The position numbers and the translations under genes are program-made. Source: Carpediemonas membranifera BICM (taxonomy: Eukaryota; Protista; Fornicata). Taken from it: a stretch of 64,000 nt of DNA. Under the pieces are notes generated by a model. The model did not search any database and was not told the DNA's origin. It worked only from the letters and a program-made list of their open reading frames with translations. Of the stretch, positions 1-10,855 are shown in pieces. The stretch lies in the NCBI GenBank assembly GCA_019828565.1, contig JAHDYR010000007.1, positions 853,333 through 917,332 of the forward strand, written 5' to 3'. How positions within the stretch are numbered: the stretch's first letter is position 1; each line of letters begins with the position of its first letter.

Positions 1-1
1 G

Positions 2-2383
2 TATCACGTTATCAAGACAGGTAAGGGTGTCAAGATCATATCTCGAGATCCGACCTGGACCTCCCTCCCATGTGTAGATATGCCCGAAGATTTGACTCAC
101 TCAAACGGCTCACCCGTCCGCTTTGTAGACCACGGGCTTGTCTGGGACGAGAAGAAGCACGGCGACGTCGTCACCAAGTACGCCGGTGTCTTCATCCTGC
201 AGCACGGCAAGTCCGTCTTCCTCTACACGCCCCCCGCCCCGCCGTGCCGGGCCGCGAAGACTGTGGAGCGAGCCCGGCAGATGGAGGTTGCTGCCACGAT
301 CCAGGAGGACGTCCCCGGGGCCCGGCTGGTGGTCGTGGGTGAGACCGAGGAGGAGGATGCGCCGTTCTGGGCAGCACTGGGCGGCAAGCCGACGTGGGAC
401 CGCCTCCAGCCCCTGATCTCCACGAAAAACGCAGCGAGGGCCGAGTTCTCCGAGTCCAACGGGGACTACTCCGAGGACGAGGGGGAGGCCTCGGACGACG
501 GCCCTGACTCCACTCCAGAGTCGCCCGAGTTGGTCAGAGTCGACTTCTCCACCGGCCAGTTCGGGATCAAACGGGTTGACAAGGACCCCGCCGGCCACTA
601 TACCAGGGCCATGCTCGCCCCCGACGGGGTCTACCTGCTGTTCACGGACCTCGAGCTCTTCGTGTGGACGGGGAACAAGGCCAGGGCCCTAGAGGTCTCG
701 GGGGCGCTCCATGCGGCCACGGAGGTGCTCGGGCCTGAGCAGGGGCTGCACGTCGAGAGGGTGATCCCCTCAATCGAGCCCGTGACGTTCACTGCACACT
801 TCCCAGGGTGGAGAAAGGTCCTGCTGCCGTCAGAGTATCGCGTAGTCGAGTCGAAGATCGCCCAATCGGTCCCGCAGATTAAGGTCGATACGAAGATGAT
901 GCACACGCCGCCAGCAGCGCCCGAGCATCCAACGTCGCCGCCCGAGGGCATGATCCGGTGCTACCGCATCAGCGATTCCCTCGTCGAGGCCGTGGAGCCC
1001 GAGCTCTTCGGACACTTCTTCTCCAAGGACGTCATCGTCGTGTGTGTCGACAACACGCAGAAGCCCCTCGACGTACCCGACCGGTCCTTCCACATCTTCG
1101 TCTGGGTTGGCCGCGACGCCTCGCCCCTCCCGGTGCTGACGTACAAGCAGGTCCTGATGGGCAAGTTCGCGGCCCAGGTCGAGTCCACGGGCGGCGGGCG
1201 GCCCATGCACCACTGGGAGCGGATGGGGAGCGAGAGCGCCGAGTTCAAGCACCTCTTCGCCTCTACGATGGTTGTCCACAGCGGAGGTAAGTCGACCCTC
1301 TTCATCGACCACACGCCAGCCCCACCCACGCCCTGCCGCCTGTACCAGGTCGGCGGCTGGCCGTACGCTGCCCCGTGTGCAAGAGAGGTCGCCGCGAAGT
1401 TTACCTCGTTGAACTCCCGGGATTGTTTCCTGATTGTTGTCACGCATGATAATCCAGCCAGACCGGCCGCGGTTGAGACCGAAAGCAAGACAGTCATCGT
1501 ACTGTGGCGCGGCAAGTTCGCCCCCGCGGCCCTGGCCAACGCAGCTTTCGACCTCGCCGAGATGTTTATAAGAGACGATGATCTCAACTCCACCGCCGAG
1601 TCGGACGACGACTCTGCCAAAGTCATCACCGAGAACGAAGGCGAGGAGGGCCCGATCACCGTCCAGGCTCTCTCCAGCCCGGACCAGAAGCCGCTGTGGG
1701 CCCAGCTCTACCCCTCGCCCGCGAACGGCGGCGTGGTTGCACTGGAGAGAGACACGGCCAGTGTGGTGGTTGAATTTGACAAGGCGCTCAAGGATGGCGG
1801 GTTTGATCATTTGATGAGGGATGATTTACGCGAGGTTATGTACCGAGCCGACAAGTTTGAGGAGATGCGGAAGACCAAGAGCTACCCGACCCTCGCCCAG
1901 AATGCCGGTGAGGCCTTTATCCCGCGTCTATTCCGGCTGTCCGCAATATCCGGTTGCTTCGACTATGACCGGATCATCCCCATCCAGCAAGTCCACCTCG
2001 ACTCCACCCAGATTTACATGTTAGACACGTATAGTCATGTATATCTCTGGGGCGACCCGACCCACCACGATTACGCCAAGGCCGAGGACCTTGTCCGCGA
2101 GTACATCAGCCAGGGGATGAGGATGGACGGCAGAGAGAGGTGCGACGTCGTGCCGGCCACGCCCGGTGCTGAACCCGTGGCATTTGTCTGTTGCTTCCCT
2201 GGCTGGAACGATCGGGCTGCCAGGGCGTTTGTTGACCCCTATGCGAAGCGCAGCGCTGAAGCTGTGCAGCGAGGGTTCGAGGCCCGCCAGGAGCGGATTT
2301 TCAAGCGGACTGAGCACGCGAGGCTGATGGACGAGGCCGACCGGCGGTCCGGGGAGAGGATCTTCATGGCTATGTCGACATGA
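2..2383 (+). CDS. Gelsolin/villin-family actin-binding protein (5'-truncated by window edge)
   Basis: The frame is open from base 2 (YHVIKTGKGVKIISRDPTWTSL...) into the 767-aa ORF. It has repeated gelsolin-type segments: GVYLLFTDLELFVWTG, GHFFSKDV...IFVWVG, SLNSRDCFLI...LWRG and LDSTQIYMLDTYSHVYLW, with EP..F..HFPGW / EPVAFVCCFPGW repeat ends. Confidence 0.8.
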   Translation, partial: YHVIKTGKGVKIISRDPTWTSLPCVDMPEDLTHSNGSPVRFVDHGLVWDEKKHGDVVTKYAGVFILQHGKSVFLYTPPAPPCRAAKTVERARQMEVAATIQEDVPGARLVVVGETEEEDAPFWAALGGKPTWDRLQPLISTKNAARAEFSESNGDYSEDEGEASDDGPDSTPESPELVRVDFSTGQFGIKRVDKDPAGHYTRAMLAPDGVYLLFTDLELFVWTGNKARALEVSGALHAATEVLGPEQGLHVERVIPSIEPVTFTAHFPGWRKVLLPSEYRVVESKIAQSVPQIKVDTKMMHTPPAAPEHPTSPPEGMIRCYRISDSLVEAVEPELFGHFFSKDVIVVCVDNTQKPLDVPDRSFHIFVWVGRDASPLPVLTYKQVLMGKFAAQVESTGGGRPMHHWERMGSESAEFKHLFASTMVVHSGGKSTLFIDHTPAPPTPCRLYQVGGWPYAAPCAREVAAKFTSLNSRDCFLIVVTHDNPARPAAVETESKTVIVLWRGKFAPAALANAAFDLAEMFIRDDDLNSTAESDDDSAKVITENEGEEGPITVQALSSPDQKPLWAQLYPSPANGGVVALERDTASVVVEFDKALKDGGFDHLMRDDLREVMYRADKFEEMRKTKSYPTLAQNAGEAFIPRLFRLSAISGCFDYDRIIPIQQVHLDSTQIYMLDTYSHVYLWGDPTHHDYAKAEDLVREYISQGMRMDGRERCDVVPATPGAEPVAFVCCFPGWNDRAARAFVDPYAKRSAEAVQRGFEARQERIFKRTEHARLMDEADRRSGERIFMAMST

Positions 2384-2681
2384 AGGTGTATTTTATGTAG
2401 CACTAGGCGGTTTAGCCTGCGGGATGTATTATAAACCAATAGACCTTATGCTTGTTGTAGTATAGACCTTGGCATGAGGTTGCTGGCTCAACGTTCGAAG
2501 GAACCCTGACGTGTCAGTTTTGCTGTAACCGTCATGGTAATGGGTCAACTCGATTTCATGACATTATTATTACCGAGTTATCCTGATTATATTCGAATTC
2601 CCTGGCCAGGCTGGTCGACTCGTGCCGAGTCGCTGATCGATTTTGAGCGTATCAAATTTGCCGACTCCTGGACTCAAACGA

Positions 2682-3008
2682 ATGCAACAAACCCTTTTCG
2701 CGCTCCTCGCCCTCTTCCTGGCCGCTGAAGCGAAGATTACTAACGTTCTTGGTTTCCCTTACCGTTTTGGTGCGGATACATCCACCCCTGCTCCCGAAGA
2801 GGACGATACGTTCGCTCGCAACGCCCGTTTGGTCTTTGTGATCGCTGCTGCCGTCATCGCCACGCCTCTTATCCTTGTAGCCCTCTGGACATGCGGAAAC
2901 CGCGCTGTCAAGAAGGGCAAGCGCCTCCACGCCCACCTGTCTAGAATGCCCGAGAACATCGAGTACCCCATGTCCTCTGAGGCTGAGCTCAACGACACAG
3001 CTATTTAA
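2682..3008 (+). CDS. Small single-pass membrane protein with signal peptide
   Basis: ATG at 2682 gives MQQTLFALLALFLAAEA (signal-like). One TM segment (LVFVIAAAVIATPLILVALW) is followed by a basic stop-transfer stretch. Confidence 0.6.
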   Translation: MQQTLFALLALFLAAEAKITNVLGFPYRFGADTSTPAPEEDDTFARNARLVFVIAAAVIATPLILVALWTCGNRAVKKGKRLHAHLSRMPENIEYPMSSEAELNDTAI

Positions 3009-3180
3009 TTGTTAAATTTCACATTTAGACACATTTCCTCACTTCTGGTCGAAAGTCATAGCAATGCCTGCTCAGAATACAGTGACTTTTATTCACACCC
3101 AGATTGCACGGGAGCACGTGGTGCCGATAATACCACTGCGCCTGGTAGTATTGACTCTTGTAAGACCTTTGTAAGAGAAA

Positions 3181-4557
3181 ATGAGACAACCGCAGTTTAA
3201 GCTCTGGCGTGTCCCAACAGGTCAAAGAATGCAGCGAGAAAGAGACGATATTGTGAAAATAGACGTTCCATTCAGCACCAATGCTCTTTCTAGTTCGTTT
3301 ACTGCGTTAGAAATCGGGGATATGCCATTCTCACAGCCTTATATGCCTGCTGGACCAAGTATGCCACAAGAAGCCTCATTTGGTGGTAGATGCAACACCA
3401 ACGACGATTTATGCCGACTTAAGGAGGAGAACCGGCGTCTACGCCAAACTTTGCTCTCGATGAAGCTCCAGACGCTCCCCGCCGTCCCTGGCGGGCCAGC
3501 CCTCAGCGACGACATGGAGGCGCCCTCCCAGATCCCCATCACACAACCAAAAGCAGTTCCCGCGCCCTTTGACTTTGCCCCCCATCCTATGGCGGCCTTT
3601 TCGGACCTCAACTTGCACGGGCCCTCTCTACCCGAGCTGCCCGCCCTCTCCCAGCCCAGACAGCAGGCCAGGACTGAGAACACGTCCCCTATCTCCGTCT
3701 CAGTGACCTCCACCCGCTCAACGACGTCCGAGTCGCGGCCCACGTCGGTCACCGCAGAGGAGCGTGAGAAGCTTCACCACGAGCGGTGGGAACGCCTGGA
3801 GGCGATGAGAGAAGGCATAGTCGGCCTCAACGCGCCCATGACGCACTCCGATCTCGAGCAGGTTACCGCCATCGCCCGGGACCTGCTCCCCGCCTCGTTC
3901 AGACCCAATTTCCTCCACATATTCTACGAACTGTCGCCCCTGGACAAGCCGACGAAGGGTCCGGCCCCCACAGGCTTTATCATGGTATTTAAGTCCCGTA
4001 AGCAATTTGTCGAAGACATGCGCAGCTTCCTCCCCCTTTCCCCAAAGTTCGACACCAACAACGGCACGTTCAAGCAGCGGTTCAAGGTCCACCGCAACAC
4101 GGCGCCCCTGTACAAGCAGATCAAGGCCAGAGTCGAAGACATGGGCCTGACGATCGCGGACTTACTCGTCGTGGAGCTCAAGACAACCAGGCCGACACAG
4201 CCGGCCAAGCCCATCGTGGACCCGAGCCCGAGGCCTGTGCCTACCAAACGGGTGCCTGAGAGGGTGGAGACGACCTCATTCCTGCTCGATAACAACGGCC
4301 GTGTCAACACTAAGCGGTCGGATCTCGTAGGGACTTACAGTTCGGCCGTCCGGACCACAGATCTCTCGTACAATCCACTTGCCCCGCCAGTGAACTTCGT
4401 GCTCCCCAATGCGGAGGAGGGCAGCGGGCGGGTCAGCCTGCAGTCTCTCGGCTACGGGGCTGGGGCCGAGTCGTCGACCCGGGCGGGGGACGGCGAATCT
4501 GGGGAGACTATTCTGCCAGTTCTCCAGGACGGAATGCCGAGCATTCTCAACTTTTGA
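3181..4557 (+). CDS. Hypothetical protein (Pro/Ser-rich, short coiled coil, central globular segment)
   Basis: 458-aa ORF with host-like codon usage. No family recognised. Confidence 0.65.
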   Translation: MRQPQFKLWRVPTGQRMQRERDDIVKIDVPFSTNALSSSFTALEIGDMPFSQPYMPAGPSMPQEASFGGRCNTNDDLCRLKEENRRLRQTLLSMKLQTLPAVPGGPALSDDMEAPSQIPITQPKAVPAPFDFAPHPMAAFSDLNLHGPSLPELPALSQPRQQARTENTSPISVSVTSTRSTTSESRPTSVTAEEREKLHHERWERLEAMREGIVGLNAPMTHSDLEQVTAIARDLLPASFRPNFLHIFYELSPLDKPTKGPAPTGFIMVFKSRKQFVEDMRSFLPLSPKFDTNNGTFKQRFKVHRNTAPLYKQIKARVEDMGLTIADLLVVELKTTRPTQPAKPIVDPSPRPVPTKRVPERVETTSFLLDNNGRVNTKRSDLVGTYSSAVRTTDLSYNPLAPPVNFVLPNAEEGSGRVSLQSLGYGAGAESSTRAGDGESGETILPVLQDGMPSILNF

Positions 4558-4871
4558 GTGATGATTTGATTTGATGACTTGTTCCAGCTGTAAATGGCCT
4601 GATAACTCGTGTGCTATACTATCCCTACTATGCTACGGCAGGGTGACAGCAATCATTCCTCCAGCGTGTCGGGGATGGTATAGCAATCATGATTGATTCA
4701 AATCATCATGAATCAGTGGGACCATGGAAGGTTGATTAAACTACGATTCCCGCCCTAGACCGGCCTGGGGCGGCCGCCACACGGCGTGCCGCACCCAGGA
4801 CCGAATCTGATTGCGGACATCAAGATCACCTTTCTGATGATTCGTCAAGATCACCAAGGGCCCACTTTGTG

Positions 4872-6707
4872 ATGGGCTTCGGTTTTGCTTGCCACAAGAC
4901 CAGATGCACCGTATGCACGCAGACATCTATTCAGTTAAGCTATAAGTCCCTCTTTGCTCAGATCTCTCAACTTAAGAGCGTCGCTCGCACAATCGACCTT
5001 CAGGTGCAACTCGACCAGCTCCAAGGCATGCTACAGACAACAGAGGCCCGTTTCCTCGGCATTCTGAACGATGTGAACACACAGTGCTGCCCCAAACCCG
5101 TTGACGACACTCTTCAATCCTGTCTTGCCTCCGTTGATGCGCTGGTCCCTTACGCCACGACCATGACACAACATATCCCTGGCGACGTGCCCCGCCTGCT
5201 CATCCTAGCACGCGATGCGCTGCTCCCGACCGTCACAATTGACGTTCTAGGCCGGCCGGCCCAAGCTGCCCGCGTCGACAACCTGGACGATTTGGCCGGG
5301 GCCATAGCGGGCGTGATGCAGCAGCTCAATGACATAGTGGGTGCCCCGGCAGAGTGCGATTCTATGTACGGCGCTTATGTGACCACAATCCACCAGATCC
5401 GCCTCGCCCTCTGTCACCTGGGACATGCTCTCGACGCAGTAACCGGGAGGAGCCCGCTGAGCATGAACATACCGCACAACCAGCCGCTGCCCGACCGGCT
5501 GTACACCCTTCTCCAGGGCACACTCTGGTCGACGTTACACTCTGCAGAAGTCCCGTCATCCGCTTGGTTCATGTGCAAAAAGTTCTTCTTCGTCAAAAAC
5601 GAGTCCGAGGCATCAGCTGAGATGTTCGGCGACGGATGCATGAGAAGCCAGCTCTACCACGGCCGGTTGATCGCCCATGTCAGGTCGGAGTCGGACACGG
5701 TGATCAAAAGATGGGTGCGTTTGCCCCCCGTTCTCTCGGTGCACCACGGGGAAAACTGCTGCGTGTTTATCGGCACCATTGACGGCATATACGCGGCTGG
5801 GTGCAACAGGCAGGGCCAGCTTGGGGTCGGGGTAGTTAGCCAAGTGGTTTCGAGTCCAAAGAAAGTTATGCTCCCACGGGATTCGGACATAGGCCGGTGC
5901 AAGTGCTACCAGACCCCCAAGCCATGGATGAAGGCCAAGCTCCAGTTCTGGCATGGCTCTGGCGTCAACTTCTTACTCACCCCGTGCTCCCTCATGGCCG
6001 CAGGAGACAACCGCTTCGGGCGTCTGGGGGTCGGGTCTTCCGAGGGTATGGTCAGCCGATTCATGCGCGTCTCCGTGCCCTTAAAATGCGTGATCAGCGT
6101 GACGACGCGAAGCTTCCCGATCACCGTGGTTCGGCAGTGCCGCGCCTGCTTTGTCTCTGGCCGCAACGACTATGGGCAGCTCTCTCTCGGGCACACAGAC
6201 GAGGTCCTCTCGGCGACGAAGCTCCCCTTCCCGGTAGACTCTGTCATCATGTCACAAACCAGCTCAGCGATGCTAAGCGACGGCAAGGTGATAGTCTCCG
6301 GCAACAACCAGTTCCGCCTCTTCCCTGTGAACGCCGATGTGGTGGTCACCCCCACCGCGCTCCAGTTCCCCTGGCCTGTATCGCGGATCATGCTCGACCA
6401 GGCCGTGATGTTCGCCGAGAGGGGCGACGGGCGGTGGTATGCGAGAGGCAGCAACGCCCTGGGGCAGCTCGGGGTGGGGCTTGGGGACGAGCACATTGTG
6501 CGATGGAGTCACGTGCCGTTGGCTCAAATCAATCAGATCCACTCGGACAGGAAGGGGACCATTTACTTTGATACATCCACCGGTATGTATATAGCTGGTG
6601 CCGTTACTTCGGACCACGCCGTGTGCTCGCCTACCATGATCCCCGCTCCCATGGCGGGACTGCCCCCGGCCCTTGACGAGTGGGTGCTGGCCTGTGCTGA
6701 GGACTAG
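4872..6707 (+). CDS. RCC1/BLIP-II-like repeat protein, member of an expanded family
   Basis: RCC1-like repeats GCNRQGQLGVG, GDNRFGRLGVG, GRNDYGQLSLG and GSNALGQLGVG. Shares GDVP, LSMNI, TLLQGTLW and WFxCKKFFF motifs with the genes at 20283 and 48337. Start codon uncertain. Confidence 0.75.
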   Translation: MGFGFACHKTRCTVCTQTSIQLSYKSLFAQISQLKSVARTIDLQVQLDQLQGMLQTTEARFLGILNDVNTQCCPKPVDDTLQSCLASVDALVPYATTMTQHIPGDVPRLLILARDALLPTVTIDVLGRPAQAARVDNLDDLAGAIAGVMQQLNDIVGAPAECDSMYGAYVTTIHQIRLALCHLGHALDAVTGRSPLSMNIPHNQPLPDRLYTLLQGTLWSTLHSAEVPSSAWFMCKKFFFVKNESEASAEMFGDGCMRSQLYHGRLIAHVRSESDTVIKRWVRLPPVLSVHHGENCCVFIGTIDGIYAAGCNRQGQLGVGVVSQVVSSPKKVMLPRDSDIGRCKCYQTPKPWMKAKLQFWHGSGVNFLLTPCSLMAAGDNRFGRLGVGSSEGMVSRFMRVSVPLKCVISVTTRSFPITVVRQCRACFVSGRNDYGQLSLGHTDEVLSATKLPFPVDSVIMSQTSSAMLSDGKVIVSGNNQFRLFPVNADVVVTPTALQFPWPVSRIMLDQAVMFAERGDGRWYARGSNALGQLGVGLGDEHIVRWSHVPLAQINQIHSDRKGTIYFDTSTGMYIAGAVTSDHAVCSPTMIPAPMAGLPPALDEWVLACAED

Positions 6708-6949
6708 GCCTATCGGTATTCTATCACATCATTATAAACGGTGTTTGTTTCAGGTTCTTTCCTTCATGATCCGTGAGGCAAACCTTCCCCTTGCTGGGAT
6801 GGGAGCACAATGGGGGTGAATCGAGGGTACCACGATAAATTGGCGGTGTGCTACACTACCTGATTGCGACCCACGACTGACCCACCACTGGGCCGAGCCC
6901 GCCCCCCATTCAAGTCGCGAGGGCAGTTTAGCCGGCATCGCTCAACGTC

Positions 6950-7372
6950 ATGGCACTGAAACGGCTCGGGAAGAGCAAGAAGAAGGCCACTGAGAACAAA
7001 GACCTGTTTTTAGACCCAGAGGACTCAAAGACATTGAAAGAACGCGCAGAGAAAGCAAAACCGATGAAGTTGAGCAAGGCGGCTCATCAAGCGAAAGGTG
7101 GAAAAGCTCTTGCGGAGATTCTAGACGACGAGCCATCCGATGGAGAAGAAATAGCCGATTTCCGCCCCCACAAACCCTCTACAGCAACCACGAGCACCGC
7201 CACGAGCATGCTCAGTGCCATGATCTCGGCCTCCGAGCAGCGCCGGGAGCAGATACGAGAGAACAAGCTTGATGTGAAGGAGGCAGATGAAGCAGACAAG
7301 TTTGAGTCGGCTGCCTACCGGGCGGCTAAGAAGGCGGATGGGGCCCCTGCGCAGGATGGTGCAGATGTCTGA
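6950..7372 (+). CDS. Small charged protein, possible NSRP1/CCDC55 (DUF2040)-like
   Basis: 140-aa ORF. The segment MISASEQRREQIRENKL...DKFESAAYR resembles the NSRP1 coiled coil plus its F-x-S/T-S/A-AY motif. Confidence 0.45.
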   Translation: MALKRLGKSKKKATENKDLFLDPEDSKTLKERAEKAKPMKLSKAAHQAKGGKALAEILDDEPSDGEEIADFRPHKPSTATTSTATSMLSAMISASEQRREQIRENKLDVKEADEADKFESAAYRAAKKADGAPAQDGADV

Positions 7373-7541
7373 GGCGAGCTAAGTGAGTGAGTATGATGTT
7401 TACGCTCTGTTCCGTGTCTTTCCAGCCGATTTTACGGTTCTAATACCTCGTTATAAACGAAATTCTCGATTCTAACCTTAAAGTGCTCAATACAGCGGCC
7501 TCGGATTTCTAGGACCCGGACGCTTTTTGCAGACAGTTTAA

Positions 7542-9506
7542 ATGGCTGCACGATACAAACTTATCAATGTATTGCGGAATGTCCAGCAATCACACTGTAC
7601 AATCTCCCCTCCGCCGAGGGCAGCGCCAGTGCATGAGAATACCGCATCTGTGAGCGACACGTCGGTCGATCAGTCCCTGTTGGCATCCGTACACTCCAGA
7701 TATGACCATAGCCAAGTACATAATCCCACAGCTGCAAACGAATCGTTTGAAATGTCGCGCGCGTCCTCGCAGGGCTTGCCAGCCTCGCGGTTCAACGCAC
7801 CACCGCCCTGGACAACAGCACCACACACTATGTACCGCAACCCGCAGCCCCATTTGTTCCCAAACACTGCCGACAGCATGCGAATGTCCCCAGCAGAGCT
7901 CCAGCGCCGCTTTGTCGAGGGCCTTCGGCGTCTAGGCGCGCCAACCCTCCCACCGCAGCCGATGCACGTCGAGCAGGTAGCAGACATGGCCCCTGTGCCA
8001 GGCTACATCCCCCTCTCGGCGCTCCACCAGCACCCTGGCCCCAGGCCGACCCAAGGCCCCGCCTCCCTCGACCAGGGTAAACAACAATACGACCAGCCGA
8101 GGCCCAGCAGTCCCCACGTCAGAGGTGTCGCCTCCCCCATCGAGGTGGCCAGCCCGCCCTCTGACATGCAAGGTCGGCCCAGGAGCGCGCCCACGCCTCC
8201 CGGGGCTGAGATCGCGAAGAGCACGAGCCCGCTCGACTCGAGAGTTAGGCCTGGGTGGTCGCCCAGTAGCAGCGCTGTGGAAGACGCCGGTGTGGCCCAG
8301 GATGCGGCACGAGGCTGGGGGGACGGCGAGACCGACGCCGAGGAAGAGACCCGCGCCATGCACTCACACCCTACCGCTTCACACATAGAACACGCGGTAC
8401 AGGAGGAAGGCGCTGTGTTTGACTTTGCTTCTGGAGGCTACGCTCCAGCCAAGCCGAGCGCCCAGGCCCCCGCCGAGGAGCTTGTCGCTGAACACTCTGA
8501 CTCTGACGAGTCGATGCCTGAGTTGCCGGAGTCCCAGCCGTGGATGGCGGACTCCCCTGTGACCGTTGAGTCGCCTGTGTCGCGTCTACCGCCCATGTCT
8601 GCCTCGCCGGTCCCTGTGGATCAGAGCGGACTCGATCTCAGAGCCGAATCTGATATTGAATCTAGTATGGCTGTATCTGAGCCTATGGATTCGATTGTCC
8701 AAGAAAAGTCCTCGATTATTGAGGAAGAATCTACGATCGCCCACAACCAGCCGGTGGATATGATTGAATCTGATTCCGAAGCGCCTTCGTTCATCCCCGA
8801 CCGCACTCAAGCTGACGCTGACTCCGACCATGACGACGGGAACGCCTCGGACTCGAGCTCCAGCAGCTCGTCGTCCAGCTCATCCAGCTCGTCAAGCTCC
8901 AGCTCATCCTCATCCTCCTCGGGCAAGTCCGAACAATCGACCAGAGCACCCGCCACCCTGGCTGTCTCGCCGACGCGTGCCTCGCCCGAGCGGGTGTCTC
9001 CTGAGCGGGTGTCGCCGACAAATAGGTCGACGGAGGTCGGTGAGGCGCTTGAGGCGTCACCCGTGGTAATTCCAGAAGAAGAGAAGAAGGTGACCGGCAC
9101 CAATGTCGCCATCCAGGAGTTGACTCCGGACTTTGTAGCCCAGTTGTTTGAGTCTAAGGGCAGAGGCCTCGAACCTGGGTCATTGGGCGGTGACCTCCTC
9201 GCCGAGCTGACCCAGGAGATTTGCCCAGACGGCCCACACAGCCTGCCGGTCTGGGAGCCCTCAAAGCATGCAGAGGCCGTCCACCGCCGCATCCGTGAGC
9301 CGACGACTCCCGATGACCTCAAGGAACGTCTGGTGAACCGCGTAGGGGAGCTCGACAACGGCAGGGGCATCGAGGCGCTGTTGATGGGTCGGGTGGCCGG
9401 TGAGAGCGCCATCAAGATCGAGGAGCTGTCTGCCCAGTTTTGCTTTGACGTGGCCGACGATATTCTCGAGAGTATTCTGATTGAGTCATGCCGAGTCATG
9501 CGCTGA
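7542..9506 (+). CDS. Large disordered Ser/Pro/Glu-rich protein with a C-terminal helical motif (possibly DUF4378/CEP350-like)
   Basis: 654-aa ORF. The C-terminal FDVADDILESILIESCRV resembles the DUF4378-type tail, but the similarity is weak. Confidence 0.6.
   Translation: MAARYKLINVLRNVQQSHCTISPPPRAAPVHENTASVSDTSVDQSLLASVHSRYDHSQVHNPTAANESFEMSRASSQGLPASRFNAPPPWTTAPHTMYRNPQPHLFPNTADSMRMSPAELQRRFVEGLRRLGAPTLPPQPMHVEQVADMAPVPGYIPLSALHQHPGPRPTQGPASLDQGKQQYDQPRPSSPHVRGVASPIEVASPPSDMQGRPRSAPTPPGAEIAKSTSPLDSRVRPGWSPSSSAVEDAGVAQDAARGWGDGETDAEEETRAMHSHPTASHIEHAVQEEGAVFDFASGGYAPAKPSAQAPAEELVAEHSDSDESMPELPESQPWMADSPVTVESPVSRLPPMSASPVPVDQSGLDLRAESDIESSMAVSEPMDSIVQEKSSIIEEESTIAHNQPVDMIESDSEAPSFIPDRTQADADSDHDDGNASDSSSSSSSSSSSSSSSSSSSSSSSGKSEQSTRAPATLAVSPTRASPERVSPERVSPTNRSTEVGEALEASPVVIPEEEKKVTGTNVAIQELTPDFVAQLFESKGRGLEPGSLGGDLLAELTQEICPDGPHSLPVWEPSKHAEAVHRRIREPTTPDDLKERLVNRVGELDNGRGIEALLMGRVAGESAIKIEELSAQFCFDVADDILESILIESCRVMR
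8853..8921 (+). repeat. Poly-serine tract (23 Ser, mixed codons)
   Basis: Directly visible TCG/AGC/TCC/TCA run inside the 7542 ORF, followed by SPERV repeats. Confidence 0.9.
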
Positions 9507-9627
9507 GTCGCCAGGAGGCGGTTTATGCTGATAGTTTCCTCTAAGTGTCATTGCTAGTAAATGCCAAGCCTAGTTAGGAACTGAGCAGAAGCCCAATCAA
9601 AACCATTCAGTCGGCCTGCTACTATCT

Positions 9628-10578
9628 TTACAGTTGCTTCCCCTTAGCGTCCTCGAGCGCCTTGACACCCAAAGCGCACGCCCCCACGATACCGGCACTC
9701 GACCCGAACCTGGACGGGCCGATGTACGTCTCCAGATCCTCCAGCTCCTTAAACTGCACATAGCCATTCATGGCCTCAGCAAACGACTCGCGGATCTTGG
9801 GATAAATGCAGGCTCTGTTGAGCACACCGCCGCCAATAGCGATCTTCTCTACGGCCGTGACGAGTGTGATGTTCAGACACATCTGGGCGAGGTAGTGGCC
9901 GACGATTGCCCAGACGGGGTGGTCATCCGAGACACTCTTCAGCTCAGCAGGGGTCACCCCCGCCCTAGTGGCGATAGACTTGGCCTTGGCCATGCCTTCC
10001 ACGCAGCACATGCCCTTGTGGAAGGGGCACTCGCCATCGTAGCCGGCCGCGACGTCAGCGGGGTGGGGCCTGACCTGCACGTGACCCGCCTCGGGGTGGA
10101 GGCCGTTGTGGATAGTTCCCGTGCGGGTGTGGACGCCGCCGCCGATGCCGGTGCCGACGGTGATATAGGCGCAAGAGGTGAGCTGGCCGTTGCTTAGGGC
10201 CACCTCGGCGTATGCGGGGGCGTTCACATCCGTGTCAATCACTGCGGGAACGTCGTAGCGCTTAGTAAAGCGCTTGAACACGTCAACGTGCTGCCAGGCG
10301 AACTTGGGGGTGTTGAGAAGCTGGCCAAAGGTTGGACTGTCCTCAACAACATCCACGGGGCCAAAGGACGCAACACCAAGAGCATCGAACTTCTGGTTAT
10401 CAAGCCATTCTTCTACGGCCTTCAGAGTGATGTTTGGGTCTTCATTGTTCGTGGGGCATTCAAAACGATCAACAATGTTGTCTGGAGAACCCTCCGCGAT
10501 TGCAACGACGAAGCTAGTTCCGCCGCACTCGATACCAGCGTAACGTACTGTCTCCTTCGTTTGTTGGCCCTCGGTCAT
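9628..10578 (-). CDS. ROK-family fructokinase (bacterial ScrK/YdhR type)
   Basis: Motifs GIECGGTSF, LGVASFGPVD, DTDVNAPA and YITVGTGIGGG, plus the Zn-binding segment HPEAGH...CPFH...C.EG. Confidence 0.9.
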   Translation of the reverse strand: MTEGQQTKETVRYAGIECGGTSFVVAIAEGSPDNIVDRFECPTNNEDPNITLKAVEEWLDNQKFDALGVASFGPVDVVEDSPTFGQLLNTPKFAWQHVDVFKRFTKRYDVPAVIDTDVNAPAYAEVALSNGQLTSCAYITVGTGIGGGVHTRTGTIHNGLHPEAGHVQVRPHPADVAAGYDGECPFHKGMCCVEGMAKAKSIATRAGVTPAELKSVSDDHPVWAIVGHYLAQMCLNITLVTAVEKIAIGGGVLNRACIYPKIRESFAEAMNGYVQFKELEDLETYIGPSRFGSSAGIVGACALGVKALEDAKGKQL

Positions 10579-10855
10579 TTTCCAATCTTATTGCTCATAT
10601 CTCTTTACGTGTATACATGACCGACGATAAATCCAATTATGCCATCTAAAGCGGTATAAAAGCTGGTGTGAGCTTAAGTATGGCCCAATTTGGGTCCCCC
10701 GAGACACGGCTGAGCTGGTGTTGTTCCGACGAGATTGTGCCATTGATATGCAGGAGTTGGGGAGGTCATCTTGCAGCAACAACACCACCGGCGGAACAAA
10801 GCACTCTGCAGTATCATGCATCCAGTGGAGAGATTCTTTAATACACACTCATACC

